From contig NC_087472.1 of assembly GCF_036321535.1 (NCBI RefSeq), forward strand, positions 99,698,001-99,762,000: 64,000 bases of DNA. Direction: 5' to 3'. Positions 1-13,785 of the stretch are shown here, in pieces (position 1 is the first letter of the stretch; each line of letters opens with the position of its first letter). Under the pieces are notes generated by a model, which saw only the letters and a list, made by a program, of their open reading frames with translations, was not told the origin of the DNA and did not search any database. Both the position numbers and the translations under genes were made by a program. The stretch is from Camelus dromedarius (Eukaryota).

Positions 1-367
1 CAGGGCTGCTCAAGGGGTGGATTTGGTTTAAAATTGCACCCAACCTTTGAAAATCATTTAACTTTTGCACCCTGCTAAATCTTACTGCCTTGGAGCAGAT
101 GCCTAAAGCCCTTTCCTTGTTATAGCCTGCCCTCCATAGGACGGGTTAGAAGGAATGTTCCAAATGTCCTTTCTCTGCTTCTTTTTAAGGATGTCTGGGC
201 CTCTTGCCTCTACAGGCAGCTAGAACTGAGGTTCTAGTCAACCTTCATCCACAACAATGGCCTTTAAACATTTTTGTTGTCGTACTGACACCATCAGTAA
301 AAAAATGTTGAGCCAGTACCCCCGATTATGTGTATTTATTTAGAAATTATACATACCATGCAACTTT

Positions 368-860
368 TGTTAGTTATCACTTGCTATATAACAAATTACC
401 CCAAACCTTAGAAGCTTAAAGCAAATGTTTATTATCTCACTGGTTCTTTGGATTAGAAGGGTGCTTCTGGTTCAGGGTCTCTCAGGAGGGTGTGGTCAGG
501 ATGGCGGCCAGGGCTGCAGTCATCTGAAAGCTTGGCTGCAGCTCTTCCAGGATGGCTCACTCATGTGGCCATTGGCAGGAGGCCCCAGTTCCTTACTGCG
601 TAGACCTTGAGTGTCCAGGTAACACGGCAGCTGGCTTCCCCCTGAACAGGAGATCCGAGACAGAGAGAGTGTGAGAGTAGGGGAAGCTACAACTTTTATG
701 CTCTGATCTCAAATATTGAACACCATCCCTTCTGCCATGTGCTGTTCATTTAGAGCAATTCACTGAGACCAACCCATGCTCAAGAAGAAGGGAACTGAGC
801 TCCATCTGTTAAAGGGAAGAGCATCAAATGATGTGTGGACTGACTTTAAAACCACCACAT
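368..860 (-). mobile_element. MaLR (MLT1-family) solo LTR, degraded
   Basis: Hallmark antisense MLT1 text 'taacaaattaccccaaacttag...gcttaaa...tttattatctcac' and 'ggctgcagtcatctgaa...gatggctcactcatgtggc'. Subfamily not determined. Confidence 0.7.
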
Positions 861-1335
861 TATTGTAGTATTAGGCATTTATTTATAACACTATTTTTTT
901 TAATCCACTGTGGTCCTGAGGTTCTCACATGAGAAGTGAATGTTTCAAACCCAAGGATTTTACTGTAGGGTGCATTACTGTGTTAGGGGGCCATCGTATG
1001 TGGGTATGGAGGCCACGTGAGGATTTCCTGTAGAAAAACGTGAGAGGGGGAGGCCACGTGAGGGAAGACGTAGGGGGAAGGGGGTTGCAGTCACCGATAC
1101 ACTGGGTATCCTGACAGGGCCCCCAGCTCCCTGTCTTGGGTTTTATAACCACATTGCACCCACGTGTAGCTTTTTTATAGTGAGTATATATCTTTGTACT
1201 CATTCTAGTTTCTATATGTCCAGGACTAATTTAATATGGTTCCTTTGTTAGCTTTTTGCAAGATAACAAGAAGCAAATCTTTATGTTTTAAGGCTGAAGT
1301 TTTTTTTTTCTAATGGGGTGACCTAAATATGATGA

Positions 1336-1629
<294 letters not shown>

Positions 1630-4600
1630 TAAGCATCTTTCCCGTTGGCCACAGTCAGACGACTAGAGCAGTTTGGTGGGGCCTCTGTGTGGTGCACTGT
1701 GGCCTCCCGCTCCCCAAGAGGCGTGGCCGGCCCCCCGAGGGGTTGGGGCGAAGGCTAGCCAGACTCTGTGTATCTTCTGGATAAACAGTGGGCTCTTGAA
1801 GGGTTTGTTGCCTGGTAAACATGGGACTCTGATCGCCGGAGATGGTCCCTTCGGCGTGTTCTCCTTAGGTCCATCAGTCCCATTCTGCTTGCCTGGGTGT
1901 CCCGCTCTTTCTCTCCTGCTGCATCCGGAGGGAAGGGAGTGTATTGCGCTCTCTGGCTTCTCTCGTCCTGGCTGTCTCTTCAGCAGAGAGGCAGTGGTAA
2001 CTTGTCAGTCACCGTCAGCAGTGTGGGTGGTGGTGCTGGTGCTTGTTTAATGAAGCCATTGTATATTTTTGTTAAGAATTGGGTGAACTCACTGCTGAAA
2101 ACCTGTGTAACTGAAAAACAAAATTACCCTGTGTGACCACTGACTTAAGTCTTTAAAATATTTTACTGATAGTAACTGACACGAGTGACTCAGTAAATAA
2201 CTCAATCCAGCAATAGAATGGAAACATCTTCAGTAGTACTGAGAGAGAAAGAGAAATACCGCTTTCATTTGGAAAATAGGAAACTCTTTATAGAGAGGAT
2301 CATATAAAACTTGTTGAGTACATCAGCTTGGTTCAGAGAACATAGGATAAAACACAAATTTAATGAGCACTTGGTAATTAAAAAAATATTTCAAGGTAAT
2401 GTCAGCTCTTATTTCTAATTTGTTGCTTTTGAACAGAGACTTCTTCACGACTATTATTTTGCTCAGAGATTGCTATGGTTTTTATACACTACTAATACTG
2501 GTTATTGAGGTACCTGCCCTCCATAACATGTTGATCGCCACAGCACCCAAATCTGGGTGGGTGACAGTGTGTTTCCTCGGAGGCCCCCAGTCCACAGTGG
2601 GTGATCAACATGATAAAGAAAATCTTCCTTAGCACATTGCTGAGTTAATAGCATCTTGGGTTTTTTTCCCCTTAAGTCCATTGCATTCTTTCTGTGCTCA
2701 TGTTGCCTGTCTTTGGTAATAGTATTGCTCTCTTCAAACTCTCACTCCATTAGATGGGCTGTAAGGTCTCCACTTGTCTTTGTCTTGTTTCTGAGCGTTG
2801 CATCTGCACGTCACTACTCTGCTGTCAGTGCCGAGCATTGACATTAACAGAGAGAAAAGCCTGTTCGTGCTGGGGCTTTTCCAGATTCCACTCTGTCTTT
2901 CTTGGATAGTGACTCATGGTCCGTGCATGGATAGTAGCTGGCAAGTTTTACCATCATCATTGTAAATTTCATTGAGGTGAAGCACGGGGGTTGTTGCCAT
3001 TTGAGGTGAGAATTCAGTTTTTGGAAGCAAGCTTGCAATGGGCTCTGTACTGTTTCTTTGAAGTTGAAAATCTTGAAGGTTGTGTTTCAGGGACTATTTT
3101 CTGTTTTAAAGGCCATATCATCTGAGTTTTATAGAAGCTCTCTCAGACCAAAGAAACTTGAACAAAATTGCAGACTTTTTTTCAAATTACAGGCTTTTAA
3201 AAATGCAGTTTAGTTTAGAGAAGTTTTAAAAGATTTCCATTGTATCCAGAGCAGTCATGGGCACCTAGTAGATGCTTCATAAATGTTCGTGGAATGAATG
3301 AATGCAGACCACTGTGCCAGATGCCTTAGAGAATCTCCATGTGAGAACAGGCTCCACTTGAATGGGCCCCCAGCGAGGTGTGGGGGGTATGTGGCCACAG
3401 AAGAGGAAAGTTCCAGGCCTGGCCCAGAGAGAGAGCTGCCCAGCTTGAACTGCTCATCCCTCAGGATTCAGCTCCGCTGTTATCCTCTCCAGAACCAGCC
3501 AAAGCTGAATTCATCCCTTTCGCTGTGCTCACAGCACGTATGTATGTCATTTGTTCATTCAGCAACTACCTGTAGAGCACCTACTCTGTCCACTGCTCTT
3601 CTCAGCCCTCATGGAGCTTATGCTGAACAGCAAGTAGAATATGAGGTGCTGGCAAGTTCTATGAAGAAACATGTAACCGGGCCAGATCGTGGGGGGTGGT
3701 GGATGGGGAGTAGCTAGATCAGGTGGTCCGGGAAGGCTTCTCTGAGGAGCTGACATCTGAGCAGAGCGCCCTGCGTGAAGTGAGGGAGCAGGCCGAATTG
3801 ACCTGTGCCTCATTGCACTTTGTCATCTCCTGCAGGAGTGCCGTGGGGATGGGGACAGACTCAGCTTACTGATGCACAGTCAGCGCTCACTGCGAGTCTG
3901 TGGGCCAGAGGGAGGAGGGCAGGAGAACCTGAGTGCCGGAGTGGGGTCGGCTGGCAGGTAGGGCAGTGCTAGGACCAAACCTGCCCAAGAACTCTGGCCC
4001 TTTGCCTCCTCTTCCCTTCTGGGCCATTCAGTGGCTTATTCTTCTGCTGATTAGTTTATTAAATGTTCTCTTTTTCTGGGCTGCACAGTTTGTTCGGGAA
4101 ATTTTTAAAGGATAAGGGATGCTGGCTCCTGTACTGTGCTGCAGGATATGCCTGCCTCTTCCAGCAAAGGGAAATAGTGGAATGGCCTTTATTTTTAGAA
4201 CCTCTTACATGTCATCTCTAGTGCAGGCAGGAAAAAGAGCAAACTCTAAGACAGCTGGACTTCTTGTGTGCTGTCCAGCTACCAGAACCCTTATCTTTCT
4301 ACAAGGTGCCCTGGTGATAGAAGTGGCTTGAGCACCCCTAAATCAGAATTAACCAGGTCGAGAGGTTTAAGGAGAAGCAAACGTTTCTTGATTTTAAAAT
4401 GTGCAGAAAGAAAGTTTCTCCCTGGGGTGAAAATTAGTGGCTGAACCACACTGAGCATGGGCCAGGCAGGTCTGAGAAATGTGGGACGTCAGGAAGACTG
4501 AAAGTAAATTCTGAAAATCCGACCAAAGTACACTGTAGTGAAAAAGAATATCTGGCAGCTGCCCACAAGCAGTGAGACATGGTGTCGAGCAGGACTGGAG

Positions 4601-5411
4601 GTTGTGGAAGAATATCAGCAGTACGATTCCGTTTACACCGAGTTCCCAGATGTGCACAGCCACACAATGTCTTTTTAAGAATATAAACGTGGTAAAATGA
4701 TTTTTAGAAAAAGTAAGAAAATGGCAAACAGGAAATGCAGAGTGATGGTGGCCTCCTAGGGGGAAGGGGAGAGGTCAGTGGTGGGTTCACAGGACATCGC
4801 AGCATAATATGTCTTTCTTTTGAACTGGTTGATGCGTGTGTGGACATTTGTTATATCATTCTTCATACTTTTTGTATTTTATAAATATTCCTTTGTATAC
4901 TGAATATTGAAGAAAGACGAAAAAGAAACACTTGGTTTTTAAAATAGTGCCACACAAAATAAACCCCAACCACAGTGGCATTTTTGACCTTCCCCCTGTG
5001 CATACCAAGAGTGTGATCTTTAAAGCACACTGGAAGTGATGTGGCTTTCAGTGGGGCGCCTAGTTAGTCCCTTTGAACACCCATCCGGAAACCCAGACGG
5101 CCACGTGATGAATAGCTCTGACAGCGCGCTGTTCTCCTCCTGACCTCAGATAAATTAAGCCACTGTTGGGTGCCTGTGCATGTTAATGGCATTGCTCTTT
5201 TAAGATATCTCAAAGATATGGCTGCAGCATAACTTTCTTCTTACAACCTAGAGAAAGGAAATTGAATGTGGCCAAGTGGATTTACCCAGCCTGTCTTGGC
5301 CTCTGGGTGTTGCTGCTGCCTGTACTCCTAGTTCTTTGGTGTGAAATATTCTCTAATAGTTTCAGGTTCTTAGAAATATATTCTAGGTTAGTTTGGTCAT
5401 TATAATGGGGA

Positions 5412-6030
5412 GTATTTCAGTTACCTCTTGCTGCTGTAATAGACTCCCTAAAATTTAGTGGCATAAAACACTTTGTAATTAATTCTCGCAGCTCGGCGAC
5501 GTGAGCTTACTGGGAGGGTCTCCCTTGGGGTCTTTTGTATGTTTGTTCTATGGATTCACTTGGGCTCGCTGGGCAGTTCTCACCTGGGGTCTTCCATTCA
5601 ATTACAGTTCAGTGTCAGCTGGGGCTACAGTTACAACCTAAGGCTTGCCTAAGCTCGGGGTCTAAGATGGCCTATTCGCCAGGTTGGTAGTTGATGCTTG
5701 CTGTTGCCTGGAGCTCCACTGGGGCTGTCACCCAGAATGCAACCCGCAAGTAGCCTCTCCGAATGATTTAGGTGTCTCACAGTATGGCAGCTGGGCTCCA
5801 AGAGGGAGTGTCCCCATGAGTGAGTGTTTCCTGAGAATGGAAGCAGAAGCTGCCAAGCCAATTAAGGACTATGCCCCGAATTTGCAGAGCATTCCTTCTC
5901 TGCTGTATTTTGTTGGTCAAGTCAGTGAGGCCAACCCAGATTCAATGGGGTGGGAAAATAAACTCAAAAGATCGTGTGGGGTGGGAAGAGGTATTATTGT
6001 GACCGTGTTTGGAAAATATAATCTGCCAAA
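5412..6030 (-). mobile_element. MaLR (MLT1-family) LTR, degraded
   Basis: 'tcagttacctcttgctgctgtaa...aaaatttagtggcataaaac', 'ggggtctaagatggcctattc', ending 'atataatctgccaaa'; typical MLT1 antisense motifs. Confidence 0.65.
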
Positions 6031-6554
6031 GATAATCATGTTCAGAGATAGCTCATGCCTGAGATCAATTTTGTATCAGGAACCTAGGTTAACTTCACTT
6101 TATATCATACATTAGAAATAAAACAGATAATCTATGTGAGGGAAAAAATTAAGGCTGAGTTCTCTGAATGGCCCCGAATAAACACCTCCCACTCAGAATC
6201 AGAGGTTCATGGAAGGCTTCTGGAGCCAGCCTATTCCTTTGGTGGTTGAGGGTGTTTATTTATAATCACGGAGCACCATTCCCATAGCCTTTCTCTGGTA
6301 GATGTGTGGCCTCGTTATCCTTGCCCACAGATCAGCATCTCCAGTGGCTCAGGGCTCCCCGCAGTGACAGTTTACCTATCGTTTCTGTTACCACCAGGTA
6401 GGCGTTTACACTCTTGCCTGGAAATTTTCTTGAGAAGGATGATTGAAAATGTTAAGTTGTACCCCCTCCTCACAGCCATTCTTACATACTCACCTAGTCT
6501 TGGTCCTATATTTGTCAGTCTTACTGTGGTATAATTTGAGTTTAGACCAATTTT

Positions 6555-7270
6555 TAAAAGCCTTTTTGTTTTGAAATCATTTCAGCCCTACGGAAGAATT
6601 GCAAGACTAGAACAAAGAACCCCTGCAACCTTCATCCTGTTAGCATTTAACCGCACTTGCATCATCATTCCCACCCCTGCTCTCGCCCGTCCAGTCTCCT
6701 TAGACACACATACAGACACAGATTTCCTCAGAACCATTTGAGAGTGAGTTGCAGACGTTATGACCCGTTAGCCCTCAGAATGAAGACATTCTTTTGTATA
6801 AGCACAGTACAATTGTAAAAATCAGAAAATATAACTTTGCCATGATATTGTTACTTAATTTTCAGACTGTATGCAGCTTTTGCCTGTTCTCCCAGTGAGA
6901 TCCTCTGTAGCATTGTCCCCCGGTCCAGGAGCCAGTCCAGGGTCCCACGTTGCTTTTAGCTGTCTGGCCTCCTTAGTCTCCTTTTCAGCCTTTCTTCATG
7001 ACCTTGACATTTTTAAAAAGCACAGGCCAGTTTCTTTTGAGGACTGTCTTTCAGTTTGAGTCAGTCGGCTGTTTCCTCGTGATTAGACTCAGGTTGTAGG
7101 TTTGGGGCAGGAGTCCCTGGAAGAGATGTTGTTTCCTTCTCAGTGCACTGTATCCTGAGGCCATGGTGTCAGATTGTTTCCATACCGATGATGGTAGCTT
7201 GGATCACCGCTTTAAGGTGATGGCCACAGGTTTCTCTGGTGTAAAATTGCTCTTTTTCTCTCTGGGAAGT
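6555..7270 (-). mobile_element. Ancient L1 (L1MC/L1ME-type) 3' UTR fragment
   Basis: 'ttttgaaatcatttcag...gaagaattgcaag', 'aaccatttgagagtgagttgcagac', 'cttcatgaccttgacatttttaaaaagcacaggccagt' resemble old L1M 3' ends. Confidence 0.6.
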
Positions 7271-8290
7271 AGTAAAATGTGACCATTAACAAATAGACTT
7301 CTCAGAATGCTGGCAAACTGCTGACGAGGCCACAGATGGGCTGTGTTCATCATGCCTGGAGTCCAGTGCCTGGAGTTCATCATGCCTTGGAGAAAATAGA
7401 ACTAGATTCCAAGATGTGGAGGGAAAAAGCCTTTTGGGGTTCTGCTTTGCAGTAAACTCATGTTCACAACCGTGATAGCCCTCTCCCAAGAGTTATTTTT
7501 GCTGCTCTACTTACAGAGATGTTTGTTCACCTTTCCTACCAGTCATGGAACCTCAAAAGGTTATATAATCCTGCCTTGTACATGAGGAAGGCCTGTCTCT
7601 ACCACCCCAACAAAACTTGTGAATTCCCTTTGTTAGAGTTCTAATTATTGGAGGTATTGAACTTTTAAAATTAAAGTGGAAAAGCTATAAAAAAGGAAAA
7701 TGAAGAATCAAATGACTTGAGTGCCAGCCCTGACTCTCATCTGTTTACACCTCTTGGGAAAGACCATTTAAGCACTTAGGACTTCGGTTTTCTTATCTAA
7801 AACATAGTTAATAGTATTTCCCACCTACTTCACTGGGTTATTGTGGCGATCAGATAGACCCTTATTAAATAGATGAGAAGGTACTAAAAAATAAAGCTCT
7901 GTGAAAGCACAGTGAGTTCCCATGAGTAATTTGTGTTTAATTTCTTTCATTAGCCAGGGTATGTATTTCTGGGTAACTGGGGGAAAAACAGCTTTGCCAG
8001 ACTTTACTTGGCCTGTAGTAAGCAGTGCGAGCAGAGCTGGCCAGGGAACCTCGGGGCCTGACAGACCAGCACCACCTGGTTCAAGATGTCCGTGCTCAGC
8101 AGGTCTTGTGGGCACCTGGCAGCGTGTTAAATCCACGTGGGGAAGTAGCAAGGCAGGATGAGCAGGAAACTCTACAGATTTGGGGATAAAATAGGGAACT
8201 TCTAAGATTGTATTTTGGTCACTCACTGTTAAAAACTCCATGACTTACCTTTACTTCTTTAACTTGAAAGTCATGTTTGTATGTGCCTAT

Positions 8291-8292
<2 letters not shown>

Positions 8293-8330
<38 letters not shown>
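8293..8330. repeat. (GT)19 microsatellite
   Basis: Perfect GT run read directly. Confidence 0.97.
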
Positions 8331-8332
<2 letters not shown>

Positions 8333-10238
8333 TCCAATTTATTTTGTTTATTGGGCAAGGACTAAGGTAGGGGAGTGTACACAGACTCCTCAATATGTCG
8401 AGTTTTATCCCAAATAATCCACCCTTATTTCTCAGGTAGAACTCATTTTTAGATGTGTGCTCGTGGACAGTTGGCCCAGTTTTATTTAGAACAGAACCTT
8501 ACAGTCTGTGGTGTGAACAGAACCTGTGCGTAAGTCTTCTGTTAAAGCAAGTTGAAGCAAGGCTGCTCAGGGCCGCACAGACCTCAGGCTGTCAGAACCT
8601 CCCGCGCCCGGGCCAGGCCAGGCCAGGCCAGCCTCTTCTCCCTGGGATTGTGATCCTGCCCTGCGTTTCCATCTTAGGGCTGCAGGCACACCGCCTGAGG
8701 GTGTAACTTCATCAGGCTCCGCTCCCTTCTGAGAGCGAGCCATTTAAACCAGACCCCAGGGTCGACTTGGGGTCCAGATGCTAGCTTTCCGCAGCTAAGG
8801 CAGGACTCTAGACTAAGTTGGGCATGCGGCCAGTTCAGGCTTCTTACTCATACCCCTAGTCCAGCCCAGGGAAGTGATGTCTTCAGAAGAGCTCCTCATG
8901 AGTCTGGGCACAGCCCGGGGCGGAGCCCCCCTCGCCCTCTCTGGTGCCACTGAGGGAAGCTCAGATGTGGGTTCACTGCAGGCGCCCCCAAGAGAACTTG
9001 AATGGACTGGGCAGTGTGCACCCAGCACCTTTGCTCAGTGTCACCAAGCAGAGAAGTCATGCCTCACTCCTTGGGGAGGAAGATGAAGGTGAGGAAGAAG
9101 AGCAGACAGCTTTTTGCCAGTCCTTTCAGTATCAGAAATTCCTATTTAATGAGTCAAAGTAGGAATGCTTATGGGAGAAGATGCTTCTGTCTGCATCATC
9201 TACCATAAAATGGCAGTCTTCCCTACTGCCTCTCTCCGAATCCCACCTCCAGGGATCATTCTTTGCCCACCTCTGCCCTGTGGTTGGACCAAAGCTGCAC
9301 ATAGCATGCACACGACTTTCCAGGGAGTAGGTGACGTGTTTGCTCTTCACAGTGCATCACACTCGGTCCCTCAAGACACCCTCTTGGTGGTTATAGCAAC
9401 ATAATGGCCCTGGACGACAGTGTGGAAGGACGGCATTGCTAGGCTAAAGATCTCCTGCCATACCGTTGCCTTTAGATTCAAATAGCCTGTACAAGTTTTT
9501 GCAGCTGATTGGAAAACTGTGCTTAACAGAGCACTGTCATCATGAGACAGTGGGCTTGTGGTTCCCCCATTATAATTCTTCCTCCTGGTTTTAGTTTATT
9601 CTTGTCTGTGAGGATAATTCAGATTTTTATTTTATCAACACTGATATCTAATAGCTACCGAGTGCTTACTCAGTGCCAGTTCTAAAATGAATATCTGAAG
9701 GTCATGGTGACCCCAATTCCAGTTTAACCACCATTGTGACACAAGGAGTAAGGCAGAGTTGTAAGAGGTGGAGTCAGGGGGACCGGGGCTCAAACCGCAC
9801 TTTGTGGCTTACTTAAACCTCCCTAAGCCCGGCTTCCTCATCTATAAAGTGACCCTAGTAATAGTACCCATGTCATACTGGTTCTTGACAACTAAAAGAC
9901 GCACGTCTGCACACATACATACCCAAATAAGTGTATCTCTACAATTAGCAGCATGGTGGCTGGAATGCAGACAGCACTCAGGAAACATGGACACAGTTTT
10001 GGAGGGCGCTGGAGGAAGTCTGGGCTCCACATCACTCGGGGAGGGGTCCAGGTGCAACTCTGTCAGAACATAGAAGGCTGTCACAGTCACCTCTCAAGCT
10101 AAGGCTCTCAGGAAGCTCATAGACGTGCCTCAGAGGGTGTGGGGATTCGGACAGTGCCCCTCCCATGAGAACAGTTCCCCTTTTATCTGCTTTATACAGA
10201 TAGAAGGTCTGAGGGGCTGCTGTGTGTACGTCTCACCT

Positions 10239-10451
10239 CAGTGGTTCTCAGTTGGGGGTGATCTTGCCCCTGAGGGAACATTTGACAGTGTCTGGAGACA
10301 TTTTTGATTGTCGCAACCTGGGGTGGGGGGGTGGAGATGGCTGCTGGCTTCTAGTAAGGCTAGGGATGCTGCTAAACAGTGCACAGACCAACCTGACAAC
10401 AAAGAATGATCCAGACCCAAACGTCAGTGATGGCAGGATTGAGAAGCCCTG
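10239..10451. mobile_element. MER20-type hAT-Charlie non-autonomous DNA transposon
   Basis: Termini CAGTGGTTCTCA ... TGAGAAGCCCTG. Interior 'gggaacatttgacagtgtctggagacatttttgattgtc' and 'agggatgctgctaaac' match the MER20 consensus as recalled. Confidence 0.85.
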
Positions 10452-11529
10452 GAACATAAACACACACACACATGGAGGGTGCCCAAGAAGCGCCTGGCTG
10501 TTGGGAGATCCCTTAGGTATGAATGGTGGGTCCTGAGTCAGCTGAGCCCAAGGGCAGAGGGAGAACAGTCCACAAAGGGGAGACACTGTCCACGTGGACG
10601 AAGTGTCACAGGGGGTCTGTGTGGCTCCAGGCCTCAGGATGACGGCACAAGGGAAGTGGAATCTGGACTGATTCCATATCATTAAGTGGTTGATGCTGAA
10701 ACAGGTGAATTTTAAATTCAAATCATGTTCAAGTCGTATTCCTTGGGTCGAGTGATTGCATCACTGTGTGGCCCTCTGCCTGGCGTGGACGGAGAAAAGG
10801 TGTTCTGGTACCAGGAACTGGCCTTTTAGCATGAGGGAGCATCATTGGAAAACTGGCCTGTATCTTACCCAGTCCGTGTAACACTTGAGGATTATTTTCC
10901 AGCTGAGACCAAGTTTAATACTGATCTGATCATATTTTTTCCCTTACCACCAGGATCTGATTAGGTAATTCTTTAAGTCTCTGGTGAGAAATTGGCCTTT
11001 AATATTATGTTAAGTTGCCAGTTTTATTGCTGTTTTTACTGATCAAAAACAGTTGAATACTAGCAATTTCATATGGTTCAACCTGCTACAGGATTGAGAG
11101 TGACAGTTTGTAGTTTACAAGCAGATTACTTTATGTTCTTCGTAAAGGAACTCTGTACAAATGCTGCATCCCTGTGAGAACTTCTGGGTACACTCAGGAG
11201 CCGAAGCCAGGCTGCTACCTAGGTCATCAACAGCCAGCGCGCCCCAGGAGCCAGGCCTAGGTCAGCACACCTACAACGAGCCTTATTCCAGCGGACATGG
11301 GGCAAGGTCCTGCATTTTAACACAGCAGTGTTTCCTGGGTATAAATGGGGTTGCCCTCACCTATGCATCTTCCCAGTAGCAGGAGAGATTCTTTTAAACC
11401 TTAAGAACCTCCAAAAAGACACCTCCTCTCCCCATCTCTTGGCTGACTTTGTTCCTCAGAACTTAAAAAGGAACCAGATACCAGTTACACCTCAGTAAAG
11501 GTGAATTTTAAAAAGGTGGAGGGGTGGGA

Positions 11530-11860
11530 CTAGAAACATTGAAGACATCATGCTGAGCGAAATAAGGCGCACACAAAAGGACGAATACTGTATGATTCCA
11601 CTTCTGTGAGGTGCCTGGAAGAGTCGAATTCCTGGAGACAGAAAGCAGAAGGGTGGTTACCAGGGGCTGGAGAGAGGCGGGAATAGGGAGCTCAGTGTTG
11701 ACTGAGTACAGAACTCCAGAGTGGGTGGTCCGAGACGGCCCACATTCTATGTATCTACCTTCACTTTAACCATCCCTCTCATGTAACTCTCTCTAAGTAA
11801 ATCTGCTTTTACTCAAAAAAAATTAACATGATGTGTATTATACCATAATACAAAAAAACA
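11530..11860 (+). mobile_element. L1MB-type 3' end, interrupted by an LTR-like insert at about 11729-11822
   Basis: 'gaagacatcatgctgagcgaaataaggc...aaggacgaatactgtatgattccac...ggagacagaaagcagaagggtggttaccaggggctgg'; the tail resumes 'atgtgtattataccataat'. Confidence 0.8.
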
Positions 11861-12195
11861 GGAGCAGGTTCGTTCATTGCCAGATGGGGAGACCAGCTCC
11901 AGCCCTGGTGTTCATCTGAAAAGAGGGAGTGGGAAAGTGCCTAACACTCCATTCTTATGTTGTCATCAGACTTAAGTGAAGTTAGGACATGGCGTCACCA
12001 GCTGGGCCTCTTGTATAGTGTCCCTTCCCCAGGGATATCTTACAAGTAGCATATGCTCCTGTTAGGGTGACAGTGCTTCAGGGGCTTTTGAATGTAGGCT
12101 CAGTCTTCCATTTGTTCCTCTTGAAGGATGAAATTGTTCAGCTTTTTGGAGCCAAGAGTCTTAGGAACAGAGGGTGCTGTGGTCAGGCCCAGTAA

Positions 12196-13203
<1,008 letters not shown>

Positions 13204-13603
13204 TAAATGTTACCGACAGCCCCCATTCTCCTGGATTCTAGGACCAGCCAGATCTCGTAGAACTATCAAAGGAGTTGGCATTTTGTTTATGGAATGAGGT
13301 TCTTCCTGAAAAGATAGGAGGTTCTGGGTGTAGAGGTCTTGTTTCTGCTTCCTGAGTCATGTTTTCCTCTAAACTATCCTAACTCACACCCCCAGGTAAG
13401 AGAGAGGAAGGTTGAGTAGAGGCCCCAAGATGGGGCAGAAGCCGACCTCGTAGTCCATGGGACATGAGGTACAGGGATTCCCATCCTAGAGCAGGATAGA
13501 CGTCACAGTGGTCCCTAAACTTTGGAGAGTGTTAGAATCACTCAGACGAGGCAGTGAAAATACACAGGCCCAGGCCCTGTCCAGCTTCACTAGGTCAGCA
13601 GAA

Positions 13604-13785
13604 GTGGGGAGGGTGTAGGTCAAGTGGCAGAATGCATGCTTAGTTAGCATCCTTGAGGACCTGGGTTCAATCCCCAGTACCTCCTGTAAAAATAATTAAA
13701 CCTAATTACCTCCCCCCATCAAGATAAAACAAAATAAAATGATATACTAGGAAATAAATAAATAATAAAATATATATTAAAAAAA
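13604..13785 (+). mobile_element. Camelid tRNA-derived SINE (Vic-1-like) with 12-bp TSD, nested in a MER5-like element
   Basis: A/B-box head 'ggggagggtgtaggtcaagtggcagaatgc...ctgggttcaatccccagtacctcc', 'cctaattacctccccc' and an A-rich tail. TSD TAGGTCAGCAGA at 13591-13602 and 13786-13797. Confidence 0.88.

Noticed and set aside
8611..8630. (GGCCA)4 pentamer; similarly the 12-nt repeat GAGAGTGTAGAC at 47801 and 47819
   Set aside because: Short slippage products with no sign of function.
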